DNA of 64,000 nt, from the sequence record NZ_CP118990.1. The stretch is one strand, 5' to 3'. The DNA is from a plasmid. Position numbers and translations under genes: made by a program. The notes beneath the pieces are model-generated. The model made no database searches. It saw only the letters and a program-made list of their open reading frames with translations, and was not told the DNA's origin. The stretch's first letter is position 1. Each line of letters opens with the position of its first letter. Shown here piece after piece: positions 18,911-28,291 of the stretch.

Positions 18911-18953
18911 GGGGTGATTTGGATCACCTGGAGAAAACAACATAGGGGTCGGT

Positions 18954-19739
18954 ATGGCAAAAGTCATCAGCTTCGCCAACCAGAAAGGCGGAGTGGGTAA
19001 GAGCACCATATGTATCCAGCAAGCCTTTTATCTGTCGATGAAAAAGAAGAAGAAAGTGCTGGTTGTGGACATGGATGGTCAGGGCAATACGTCCTCTCGG
19101 CTGGCTGCCAAGCGCGAGCTTGAAGATGGCGAGTTCGAGCCGGTTTTTTCGGGCACGAAGACAGCAGAGCTGTTTGCCCATGAGATCTCGCACATCGAAG
19201 TCATGCACTGTCCATGCGGGGCGGACCTCATTCACACTCCAAAGAATGACCCGGATTTGTTTGAGATGGAGGCGGTGCCTCTGGATCAAGCTATGAACCC
19301 CGCCCGTCACTTGGCTGTGCTTTTTGAGCAATATGACTATGTGCTGATAGATTGCGCACCGAGCCTCGGCAGAAAGCTTGTGGCCGCGCTGGTGATGTCT
19401 ACCCATGTTGCATGTCCGGTAAAGCTATCAGGGTTCGCTGTAGACGGCGTGGAAGGCCTACTCAACACCATCATCGGTGTTAGGGCCGAGTACAACCCGG
19501 CGTTGGAGATCCTAGGGATTTTAATTAACGATATGGATCGCTCTGTCAACCATGACAAATCCCTAAAGGCACTTCAAAAAGAAGTGCCGGAGCTCCTGTT
19601 CCAGAACAAGATTATGCACCGTCCGCCTCTGGACACCGCAACCACCGATGGCGTTCCTGTGTGGGAATTGCAGTACGGCCATGTTGCAGCGAAAGAGGTG
19701 CAAGCTGTGTTGGAAGAAATGATAGAGAAGGTGGGTTAA
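18954..19739 (+). CDS. parA: ParA-family partition ATPase
   Basis: Deviant Walker A KGGVGKST, 261 aa. Confidence 0.85.
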   Translation: MAKVISFANQKGGVGKSTICIQQAFYLSMKKKKKVLVVDMDGQGNTSSRLAAKRELEDGEFEPVFSGTKTAELFAHEISHIEVMHCPCGADLIHTPKNDPDLFEMEAVPLDQAMNPARHLAVLFEQYDYVLIDCAPSLGRKLVAALVMSTHVACPVKLSGFAVDGVEGLLNTIIGVRAEYNPALEILGILINDMDRSVNHDKSLKALQKEVPELLFQNKIMHRPPLDTATTDGVPVWELQYGHVAAKEVQAVLEEMIEKVG

Positions 19740-19741
19740 CG

Positions 19742-20905
19742 ATGGCTCTTGGTAACCTCAAAGGTCTTTCCGAGCTCGCTAATGTCGCGAAGGGAAAGAC
19801 AGGCAAGCAGGTATTAAGTGTGCCTGTTGAAGATGTGGTTTCGAAGGCGCAGGTTCGTAAGCGCTTTCGGAACATTGAAGAACTTGCGGCAACTCTCGTT
19901 ACAGAAGGCCAGCAATCACCGATCATTGTTTCCCCCAAGGGCGAGGATGGTAAATACGTCATCCAGAAGGGAGAGCGACGTTGGAGGGCCTGCAAACATG
20001 CAGACATTCCAACGATCGACATCATTGTCAATGATAAGAACCAAGGCGAACTGGATGAGACCGCTGGGGAGCTGATAGAGAACATACAGCGTGATGATCT
20101 TACACCGTTGGAAATAGCAGAAGCGCTGGACAAATTCGTCAAAGCGGACTGGAAGAAAAAAGACATCGCTCTACGTCTGGGCGTGAACAATTCGTTCGTC
20201 TCGTCGCATTTGTCATTATTGAAGATGCCTGACTGTGTGCGTGAGCTCTATGACGGCGACATCTCTTCTGACACTGAAACCTTGAACAACCTGCGTCTAC
20301 TGTTCGAACTGAATGCTGAGCGCTGCCGAGCCATCTGTGCTGTTGCTATAACTGATGGGATCACTCGTAAGCAGAGTCGTGAGCTGCTGAATGACGCTAA
20401 GCGCATCCAGGAAGGGCTGGAGAAGGCTCAACTTTCTGGACGTGGCGGAGATAATCCTGGTGCCGGGGCAGAGAGCAATAGCGATCATCTTCCTCCAGAA
20501 CAAGAACATGTCACGTCAGTACAAGGTGACGGGCATCAGGTTGGAAGCAGTAGTGGGAATCGCAACCTCGATCCTCTTGAGGAAGGTGCAGGAGCCGGTA
20601 CAGATAACTCTACCCCTGGAGCTCCCGAAAAGCAGAATAAGGCCAACAGGACCACGATTACCGAAGGTGGGGACGCGCTTCCTCCCCTGGAAAAGGATCG
20701 GGAATGGAAGACGGCTAGGGCCGATAATCTGATCTTCGCTGTGCATGTGCTGGTGGACGATGAGGTGAGGAAGGGTGTTATCATGACTGATCGTGTAGCG
20801 CTCAATCCGTCTACCGTCTGGGTTAAGACGCTGGACAGTGCTGGAAAAGAAAAGCATCTTAATGTGCCAGCATCAGATATCGAGATTTTGAGTATCGAAG
20901 GTTAA
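19742..20905 (+). CDS. parB: ParB-family partition protein with long acidic/Gly-rich C-terminal extension
   Basis: ParB-box GERRWRA, HTH region; immediately downstream of parA. Confidence 0.8.
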   Translation: MALGNLKGLSELANVAKGKTGKQVLSVPVEDVVSKAQVRKRFRNIEELAATLVTEGQQSPIIVSPKGEDGKYVIQKGERRWRACKHADIPTIDIIVNDKNQGELDETAGELIENIQRDDLTPLEIAEALDKFVKADWKKKDIALRLGVNNSFVSSHLSLLKMPDCVRELYDGDISSDTETLNNLRLLFELNAERCRAICAVAITDGITRKQSRELLNDAKRIQEGLEKAQLSGRGGDNPGAGAESNSDHLPPEQEHVTSVQGDGHQVGSSSGNRNLDPLEEGAGAGTDNSTPGAPEKQNKANRTTITEGGDALPPLEKDREWKTARADNLIFAVHVLVDDEVRKGVIMTDRVALNPSTVWVKTLDSAGKEKHLNVPASDIEILSIEG

Positions 20906-20953
20906 GTGACAGTCCCATCTTCTAAGTCGGGACTTTATGAAAAACGGGGGCTT

Positions 20954-21235
20954 ATGGCGATTTCGCGAGACATTAAACGTAAATTTGAGCTGGTGAATGC
21001 CCTGTCGAAGAAGAACAGGCCTAGCCTCAATGATCTGCATCTCGAAACGGGTATCCCCGAATCAACCATCAAGAGGCAGATCTCCGCACTACGCGAAGAG
21101 TTCGGGATGGAGATCTTGTTCATAAGAGGGGCCCGAGGCGCACCGGGCGAACCTGGTACGGCCGGTTACTACATGCTGACGAACTGGGGAATTCTGGAAA
21201 GAGCCGCGTTCTTGAGTAGGTATGGCAAGCTATAG
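20954..21235 (+). CDS. Small hypothetical protein, possible HTH regulator
   Basis: ORF 20906-21235 frame, start ATG 20954; followed by bidirectional terminator. Confidence 0.3.
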   Translation: MAISRDIKRKFELVNALSKKNRPSLNDLHLETGIPESTIKRQISALREEFGMEILFIRGARGAPGEPGTAGYYMLTNWGILERAAFLSRYGKL

Positions 21236-21250
21236 CAAGCCTCGAAATGA

Positions 21251-21276
21251 AAACCCGCCATTACGGCGGGTTTTTT
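21251..21276. terminator. Bidirectional rho-independent terminator (aaacccgccattacggcgggtttttt)
   Basis: A-run/GC stem/T-run; sits between convergent genes. Confidence 0.75.
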
Positions 21277-21277
21277 A

Positions 21278-21908
21278 CTATGCGGCTATGCTGGTGTCCA
21301 CCCTTTGCTGGGCGTAGTAGCCAATCCCGGTAGGGCGCCGTGAGAGAGTATCGATCCCAACAATGCTGAGTGTTTTAGGCGAGACATTACGGGACTCAAA
21401 GAAGTGGAACAACTGCAACATACAGCACTTGACCATTAATCTATCGATGTCTTCGAGATAGATCGATGCACTACTCAGGGCTTCCGGCCCTTGGCTCTCA
21501 AGCAGATGTTCCATCCATTGGATGGCATTTATTCCCGAGCCGCAGCACGGTTCGAAAAAATCTGCCGACGGAGTTGAGCCAACCAGCTGTGACAGGAGGC
21601 GGCCAACCCCTGGAGGTGTCGGAAAGTAGTTGGTTCCCTTCTTGTGAAAACCGGACATGCTAAGCACGTAACCAATTACATCGCTGGTAGGATCTTGCTT
21701 CATGGCCGCAGAGAGAACGTGTGACAGCTCGATAGCGACGGGCTGTAGTTCATCAGGAATGGTGTTGGCGGGAGGATAGAGCCCAGTTTGGAGGTAGGCC
21801 CATTGGTCGATAAACGCCTCAACAAATGCCGAGGTACCCATCCGATAACGCGCTTGCTCAATGAGTGTCAGCGCCTTGTTAGCTAGGGGGGTTATCTGAG
21901 GTGTCATT
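21278..21908 (-). CDS. SAM-dependent methyltransferase-like protein (N6-DNA-MTase-like motifs YFPTP and FFEPCCGSG), short
   Basis: Motif I FxGxG-like EPCCGSG; start set at MTPQ (GGAG RBS); no clear motif IV so function uncertain. Confidence 0.45.
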
Positions 21909-21990
21909 GGATGCTCCAGTGTAGTAACAGAAAAAGTTGTTTGCGCCCAAAGAAGACCCCCGGCCAAGGCCGGGGGTCATTGAGACAACC

Positions 21991-22173
21991 TTAGGAGGGC
22001 TGCCTGTTACCTATCTGCGAGCTACACATCTTTGCAATCGCCTCCCCACACCATTCCGGCATTGTAGAAATCAAGGGAAGCGCGGTCTCCAGCGGCATAT
22101 TGGGGACATCGATCAGGCGGACCCGCTTTGCGGATCGACGGGCGTTGTTACTTACAGTATGATGAGATTGCAT
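21991..22173 (-). CDS. Small hypothetical protein (60 aa)
   Basis: Strong RBS GGAGGA 6 nt upstream; hairpin 21950-21978 downstream. Confidence 0.3.
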   Translation of the reverse strand: MQSHHTVSNNARRSAKRVRLIDVPNMPLETALPLISTMPEWCGEAIAKMCSSQIGNRQPS

Positions 22174-22205
22174 ACGAACTCCTCCGATAAGAGTGTGTGT
22201 AGGCC

Positions 22206-22237
22206 CCCTGTTCGCCCAGGGGGCTTTTTTTTTGCCC
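22206..22237 (+). terminator. Orphan plus-strand terminator (aggccccctgttcgcccagggggcttttttttt)
   Basis: Strong hairpin + T9, no convincing plus-strand CDS upstream. Confidence 0.55.
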
Positions 22238-22425
22238 TCACATTACAGCACCATAAAGTGGTGTCGGTCAAATCAAAATATGACCTAGTAAAGATTGGTG
22301 TATGTCGGCCATCAACAACTTGACGGGAGAGGTGAGTGATTTAATATGAGCTCATTATTTGAGTTAGTAAAAGGTAGGGCGAATCATGCGTACTTACGTG
22401 ATCGTGCCCGTGCGCAGTCGGGCAA

Positions 22426-22445
22426 AAATTTCACATGTGAAATAA
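22426..22445. promoter_or_regulatory. Operator-like site AAATTTCACATGTGAAATAA, family member 7
   Basis: ~65 bp upstream of ORF 22511. Confidence 0.5.
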
Positions 22446-22510
22446 AAGAATGAACCGGTAGTACAAAGCGTGAGACTACAGACCTACACGGTAGCGAGGA
22501 AAAACAGATA

Positions 22511-23257
22511 ATGGCTTTGGATCACGGCATTCTCAATGTCCCGCTCACCAAGCGAAACGGCGATATGGACAAGCAACTAGCCCAGTTCACACAAGAGCGG
22601 ACCAAGGCCAGAAAAGGAGCCCACAAGGAGGCGAAGGCTAGGTACCGTGACGAGAAAGCCATTGCGCAGCGTATGCTCGACATAGCAGGCCCTCAGTTGC
22701 TTGCAGAATGGGCTGTGAAGAAGGGCATGACCGAGCGGGCCTTTCGCACTTTCTTGGTAGATCTGATTAACGACAAGCCCGGCAAGGCCAAAAAGGTACT
22801 TGAGTTGATCGTCCAGAACGGGGCACTCCCACCTCACACTCAGCCTACCGAAGACATAGCTAAAGCAGCTGTGCGCGGGCAACTGTTTGCCAGCATCTCC
22901 AGCCTCAATGTTGTGAGCAAGGCCCTTGGCTTCGATCAGAGCAAGATATATGTGACCCTTGATGGGCAGCAGATCCACGTAGCTGAAAAGGTGGCCTCTG
23001 ACAATCTGGTTCAAGCCAGCGGCAAAACGATAATGAAAGCCGTTCAGGGACAGGAGAAGATACGAGACGCTCAGCAGCTGCGCCTCATAGAACGCATCAC
23101 ACGGGGCCGCACACGCGGCGCCGGGGCGGGAGGGTTTAACCGGGACATCGGTAACATCGAGCACAGAATCAACGATGCTAACACCAAAATAAGCTTACTC
23201 CAGGGGGAACTGAAACGTCGGATCTCGACGATAGCCGTCCAGTGGCAAGCCAAGTAA
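22511..23257 (+). CDS. Hypothetical protein with C-terminal coiled-coil
   Basis: 248-aa ORF, first gene of 4-gene plus-strand block. Confidence 0.4.
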   Translation: MALDHGILNVPLTKRNGDMDKQLAQFTQERTKARKGAHKEAKARYRDEKAIAQRMLDIAGPQLLAEWAVKKGMTERAFRTFLVDLINDKPGKAKKVLELIVQNGALPPHTQPTEDIAKAAVRGQLFASISSLNVVSKALGFDQSKIYVTLDGQQIHVAEKVASDNLVQASGKTIMKAVQGQEKIRDAQQLRLIERITRGRTRGAGAGGFNRDIGNIEHRINDANTKISLLQGELKRRISTIAVQWQAK

Positions 23258-23269
23258 GGGAAAATAGAT

Positions 23270-23641
23270 ATGGAACTGACAGATTCAGTCCTTCATCAGC
23301 TGCGCTACTTGGCAGAGCAAGCCACAGCCGGGGAGTGGGAGGCCGTCAATAACGGCGTGTTATACGGCGTGGTGCGTATCAAGGACACTAATAGCCAGAT
23401 CGCTGCTTGCACCATGTCAGATGACTCACCGCGCTCAATCTCGCCACTGGAAGCAAACAGCCGGTTTATTGCCGCTGTGCAACCTGCCGTTGTCCTGGCG
23501 ATGGTAGAGCGCTTGGCCCGTTTAGATCACCTGGTCAAGGCGAGCAAACAGCTGGTGCTGGCGGAGGCCGATAGCTCCCCGACTGGTGCTTTTAGAGATG
23601 CCATAGACTGGGTTATTAAAGAGACGAAGGATCTTGGTTAA
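23270..23641 (+). CDS. Hypothetical protein
   Basis: 123-aa ORF. Confidence 0.35.
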   Translation: MELTDSVLHQLRYLAEQATAGEWEAVNNGVLYGVVRIKDTNSQIAACTMSDDSPRSISPLEANSRFIAAVQPAVVLAMVERLARLDHLVKASKQLVLAEADSSPTGAFRDAIDWVIKETKDLG

Positions 23642-24095
23642 AGGAGCAGGAACGGTGATGGCTGGAATCCGCCCTCAGTCGATATTGATGTTATGTGCCT
23701 ATGCTGCCACGCCACTCTGGCTGGTGTGGATTTTTGGTCACCTCTACATGCAGGACTTAACCTTGAGGCAATTCTACGGGGAGGGGGATTATGTACGCTC
23801 TCCAGCAGATCATATGGTGATGGGCAACAGCGTAGGCGTTCACTACCTCAAGGAACTGAGGGCTAAACAAGGCGACGACATGCAGTATCAATGTCTCGGA
23901 GTAACAAATGCCGACGGCACCAAGCCAAGTTTGTCATTTCAAGTCAAAGGTGAGCCTGTATGCTGCTCGTTGGCAAAAGATCAGTGGAGCATCCCCTTCA
24001 AAACCATTGGTGACAGCCTCCACCTGCTATGCGGAAAATGGCCCGACGAGAATGAAATTGTGATGACTCCCATACCTGAAAGGATGAATAGATGA
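23634..24095 (+). CDS. Hypothetical protein (N-terminal TM)
   Basis: 153-aa ORF overlapping neighbours by 4-8 nt (operonic). Confidence 0.35.
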   Translation: MVKGAGTVMAGIRPQSILMLCAYAATPLWLVWIFGHLYMQDLTLRQFYGEGDYVRSPADHMVMGNSVGVHYLKELRAKQGDDMQYQCLGVTNADGTKPSLSFQVKGEPVCCSLAKDQWSIPFKTIGDSLHLLCGKWPDENEIVMTPIPERMNR

Positions 24096-24610
24096 GCGCG
24101 GATTTTAAGCATGGTTCTGAGGGATATCCCTGCGGCCAATGTTGCGGTAGCAAGGGGGAATTGAGCGCGGGGGGATGCGAGCTCTGTGAAGGGGAAGGGG
24201 GGTTCGCTGATGCAAAGGTGATGGTTACCCGAGTGATCAGCTACGCCAAAGATAACCGACTGCCGGTGATCGCTGCCTTGTCGTCTTTTGCCTTTCGCAG
24301 CATTGCCACTAAGGGCCATGAACCGTGTGAGCTATTTAAGCTCAGCCAGGAGCTCAATGCCCCCCGTAACTTGATGAGGTATGGGTGGGATGCCTGGGAG
24401 ATCTATGCGCGACATGAAGGCGTGATACCCGAACTGGCTGAGCTGGGGCGTAGAGTCATGCGCGAATGGTATAACCACTCCTGGGAACATTTCGAGGATG
24501 AGGTCGGCTTTGACGCGGCCGAGCATATGATCGCTCAAGCTAAGGCGGAACCAGATAAAACAGAGGCTCGATGGGCTTACCTGCTCAGTGAAGAGTGGAT
24601 GGTGGCGTAG
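24092..24610 (+). CDS. Hypothetical Cys-rich (CxxC...CxxC zinc-ribbon-like) protein
   Basis: 172-aa ORF, CGQCCGS...CELCEGEGG N-terminal Cys cluster. Confidence 0.4.
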   Translation: MSADFKHGSEGYPCGQCCGSKGELSAGGCELCEGEGGFADAKVMVTRVISYAKDNRLPVIAALSSFAFRSIATKGHEPCELFKLSQELNAPRNLMRYGWDAWEIYARHEGVIPELAELGRRVMREWYNHSWEHFEDEVGFDAAEHMIAQAKAEPDKTEARWAYLLSEEWMVA

Positions 24611-24938
24611 TCTGTAATGTGGGATGAAACCTCTGTCATCCCTGAAAATAGAGTTTCATCCTTGAAAATAAAGTCTCATCCTAATTTTATCATGACCCAT
24701 CGAATCTTATGGCAGGCTGGTGCTGGCGACCGGCCTGCTTTTCCACTACTTCACTCACTGATGCCGAGTTATCCAATGCCGCGACTCAAGGCAATGGTAA
24801 GGCTCAATATGAGTTGGCCAAACGTCTGGCCAGCCAACCTGATTACCCCAATGCCATGCACTGGATGCAGCAAGCGGCAGAGCAGTCGGGCCCTTTGGCT
24901 GCCGATGAGCAGGTCCGTGCCAATGCTGCCTGGCATTA

Positions 24939-26231
24939 TTACGCATTATTGGTCGTTTTTTTTGCAACAACCTTACCGGTAGTATTGTCCATGCGGTACT
25001 GCGAGATTGTTCCATCCAAAATGTGGTGAATAACTTCAAGGATGGTTGTCAATGGAGTATGGAACCATTCTCTCGGGGCATAGCTGGTGCCATCAACCCC
25101 CTTCAAGGTGATATCGAGGCGCTGCTTGGCGAGAAAACCGTGCACCAAGGTCTCCAACTTGTGGGTGTTCATGTTGAAACACAGGAAGGTCGTGATGACT
25201 CTGACCGGTGCTTGCAGGAACGTCTTGTCTTTCTCGGCGTGCTTTATCCGGTCTTCGACGGTGCCCTCGGTGAAACCTATCTTGTAGAGATTTTGTTTAA
25301 AGGGCATCAATACCGGGTCCGTGCTCTTTGTTGCGAGTACATAGACAAAGCCGCTTGGAATAGGCGCGTCATTTGGCAAGAGGGGTTTGTCACCTAGCAT
25401 GACCTTACGGCCCTCCTTGTCACGAATAAGCCCCTGGGTTAGTGACTGGTAGAGCATATGCAGCTCAGTGCCATTATCAAAAACCAGGTGAAGTCGTGCG
25501 TTATACCTCTCGTATTGTTCCAATCGTTCTCCAGCACTATGCACATAACCCATCACCCCATTCAGGATGAAGAAATCCCCAACCTGAAAACCATGCTCGT
25601 TTCGATAGCGCACGAGGGAGAACTCTTGGCCTTGCAGGCCCGTTTTCACGGTCTCAAACAGCGGCGCAAAACGAGCGAAATCAGGACAGGGCTGGCGCTG
25701 GGCTATCTCGTCAGGTAACGCCTTTTTCTCCCTAGGCACATGCTGCATGCTGAATATATCGGGAGCATCAAAATCCAATAACCCGAGATCATCGTCGGCA
25801 AAAATATCGTCAAGCGAGGTCACTAGCTCAGACGTGTCAACGGTCGATGCATTAACCGTCTCAGCAGCTACATCCTTTGCATGATACTGCTCATGCTTCT
25901 CTGCCACACTCCCAACAACCTCGATCCCTGCCAACAGGCCATGGATATCCTGACCTGAAAGGGCACGGCATTGATCTGGATCTGTGCGTATCGCCTGCAA
26001 TCGCCTTGCAAGACGCTTCTCGGACATATCGGCAGAGTACGAGTTCTGAGGGGCTCTACCGTGTTGTTCAAAAAACGCCACTATGTCCCCAAACTGGTTG
26101 CTCACGAGGTCAACTGGCGTGCTTCTCGGTTTTAGGGGCTCTACATCAAGCAAACCCAATACATCGTCTTCAGCGAAGATATCTTCAAGAGATGCTTTGG
26201 GTTTGAGCTGATGTGATCGCAACAGGATCAT
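24939..26231 (-). CDS. T5orf172 / GIY-YIG-like nuclease-domain protein with duplicated acidic N-terminal motif
   Basis: C-terminal GFVYVLATKS...LYKIGFTEGTVEDRIKH...REWF segment matches T5orf172 (GIY-YIG-like) domain; start overlaps helicase stop (operon). Confidence 0.6.
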   Translation of the reverse strand: MILLRSHQLKPKASLEDIFAEDDVLGLLDVEPLKPRSTPVDLVSNQFGDIVAFFEQHGRAPQNSYSADMSEKRLARRLQAIRTDPDQCRALSGQDIHGLLAGIEVVGSVAEKHEQYHAKDVAAETVNASTVDTSELVTSLDDIFADDDLGLLDFDAPDIFSMQHVPREKKALPDEIAQRQPCPDFARFAPLFETVKTGLQGQEFSLVRYRNEHGFQVGDFFILNGVMGYVHSAGERLEQYERYNARLHLVFDNGTELHMLYQSLTQGLIRDKEGRKVMLGDKPLLPNDAPIPSGFVYVLATKSTDPVLMPFKQNLYKIGFTEGTVEDRIKHAEKDKTFLQAPVRVITTFLCFNMNTHKLETLVHGFLAKQRLDITLKGVDGTSYAPREWFHTPLTTILEVIHHILDGTISQYRMDNTTGKVVAKKTTNNA

Positions 26232-26234
26232 TAC

Positions 26235-28268
26235 TTAGCTCTCCTGTTTAGCCGCAGATTGTTGTTTCTTCTGTTTGATGTAGGCCAGCGCTTCTGCCAA
26301 TCGTACCTCGATGGGATCAGGCGCATGCAAGGAAGGTGCCCGCTGGTTTTGCTGTGTAAACTCCTTGATCCTCGGCCACAGCATGACCGCCTCTTCCTCG
26401 GAGAGTTGTGACTTGCTGGCACTGACTGCTTCCTGAATGGTTTTGAGCATGGTGGCCGTCACAGATTTGGAGAGGATTTCATAGGCCCCGTGGAACGGGT
26501 TAACCGATTCGATCAGGTCGATGTTCAGGTTGTCGATGTTGATGAACTTCTCACCGATTTTTAAGAACTGCTTACTGGCAGTTGCTTCATCCTTGGTCGC
26601 ATCGGGGCTTGTCCCTCCGATAGAAGTGGGGCTCGGGCCTCCTACAATCTCGGCATCGGGAGGCAAATCACTTTGATTGATCAGCCCGCCCTGCTGATTG
26701 ATATACATGCTTTGCAGCAGGCCGGAACGAACTTGCTCTATCTCATGGGGCAATAGGTCGGGGTAGAGTTCCTGAATGACCGAGGGCAGTTCTAACTGAG
26801 TAAATACCTCGGGCGGAGCTGTTTCAGTAATGGCCTCTTTGACCACCTTCTCCTTGGCCATCAGCGCAGCCAGGATCTCCTCTTTGCCACCATTGAGAAT
26901 ATCTAACACTGTTTGCGACACTTGCACGGTCTCATCACCAACGAGCACTGTATTGGGTGGCAGTACCTCCCCAGTCCATTGTGAGCGAGGCTTGAACTGA
27001 ATATTGGGAGCCAAGATCTGCTCCATCAGTAGGGAAGTGGTGATCGCCTTGAGCATGTTGTTGACCGACACCTTCACATCGTCATCCTGGGCATCAGGCT
27101 GGGCAATCAGGTTTGTGAACTGGGCGTGGGTTTTACCAGGACAATCACGGGTCGCACGACCGATGATCTGCACGACTTCGGTCAGCGAGCTGCGATAACC
27201 AATGGTCAGCACATGCTCGCAATAGGGCCAGTCAAAACCCTCTTTCGCCATGCCAAGGGCAATGATGATATCCATGTCATCAGCTGATTGGATTGTACGT
27301 AAATAAGCCTGCACCTTGGGGCGCTCATTGGCATCGTCATCCACCAGATTGGCAACCTTGAGCAGCTTGCCATCTTCATGTCGTTTCACCAAGTAGATGC
27401 TAGTGTCGGGATCTTTCGACTGCACCTCGCCCAGCACATCCAAGATAGCATCGACCTCGGTGTGCTTGTCCTTGGTGGACTCGCCAGAGTTCACGTTCGG
27501 GATGTGGATAATGGTTTTCAGAGAAGCGTTCAACACCGAAGGCAGAGCACCGATATATTGACCCTGGTAGAAGTGGTAACCAATTCCGAGAGATTTCAGG
27601 TGTTGATAGCCGTTCAGTTGCTCGTAATAGGTGTAGGTGACCTTGGTAAACTTGGCTTCATCCTCTGGTGTCAGGATGGGCACGGTATCGCCACGGAAAT
27701 AAGATCCTGTCATAGCAACGATATGTGCATTGGACTGCTGGATTAAACCGTCGAGTAGCGCTCCGAGGCGGCTATCTTCACTCGCGGAAACATGGTGAAA
27801 CTCGTCGATAGCAATCAGACAATCGTTAAACGAGGTGATATTTACCTCGTCAAAAGCGAAGCGCAGGGTGGCGTGGGTGCAGACAAGGATCTGGTCATCA
27901 CTCTCCATAAAGCGCTTAAACGCGGCCACCTTGCTTTTTTCACCACCATGAATGCAGAGATTGTTTTCAGGTTTAACCTGCCAGTTCGCAAAGAATCCGT
28001 ATTCGGCCAATGTAGTGTCTTTAAACGATGTGCCGATAGACATCTCAGGCACCGCGACGATGACTTTCCGCAGGCCCTGATTGAGCAGCTTGTCCAACCC
28101 CAAAAACATCAGTGCACGGGATTTGCCGCAGGCGGGCGGCGCTTTGATAAGCAGATAGGGGCTGTTGCGTTGAGCGAAGGCGCGGGCCTGCATCTCCCGC
28201 ATCCCCATGCTATTAAGCGCCGAGCTCTGCCCGTTCTGGGCATAGGTCACTTGCAAGATGTTTTCCAT
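26235..28268 (-). CDS. SF2 DEAD/DEAH-box helicase
   Basis: Walker A PPACGKS, DEFHHV (DExH), motif VI QIIGRATR. Confidence 0.75.
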   Translation of the reverse strand: MENILQVTYAQNGQSSALNSMGMREMQARAFAQRNSPYLLIKAPPACGKSRALMFLGLDKLLNQGLRKVIVAVPEMSIGTSFKDTTLAEYGFFANWQVKPENNLCIHGGEKSKVAAFKRFMESDDQILVCTHATLRFAFDEVNITSFNDCLIAIDEFHHVSASEDSRLGALLDGLIQQSNAHIVAMTGSYFRGDTVPILTPEDEAKFTKVTYTYYEQLNGYQHLKSLGIGYHFYQGQYIGALPSVLNASLKTIIHIPNVNSGESTKDKHTEVDAILDVLGEVQSKDPDTSIYLVKRHEDGKLLKVANLVDDDANERPKVQAYLRTIQSADDMDIIIALGMAKEGFDWPYCEHVLTIGYRSSLTEVVQIIGRATRDCPGKTHAQFTNLIAQPDAQDDDVKVSVNNMLKAITTSLLMEQILAPNIQFKPRSQWTGEVLPPNTVLVGDETVQVSQTVLDILNGGKEEILAALMAKEKVVKEAITETAPPEVFTQLELPSVIQELYPDLLPHEIEQVRSGLLQSMYINQQGGLINQSDLPPDAEIVGGPSPTSIGGTSPDATKDEATASKQFLKIGEKFINIDNLNIDLIESVNPFHGAYEILSKSVTATMLKTIQEAVSASKSQLSEEEAVMLWPRIKEFTQQNQRAPSLHAPDPIEVRLAEALAYIKQKKQQSAAKQES

Positions 28269-28291
28269 GCTTGAATCCTTGTCAAAATTGT

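Noticed and set aside
19612-20190. 192-aa minus-strand ORF antisense to parA/parB junction
   Set aside because: Antisense to two confidently identified genes; Ser-rich low complexity.
24617-24700. Inverted repeats ggatgaaac...gtttcatcc between convergent operons
   Set aside because: Imperfect with long loop and no T-run; may help termination but too weak to call.
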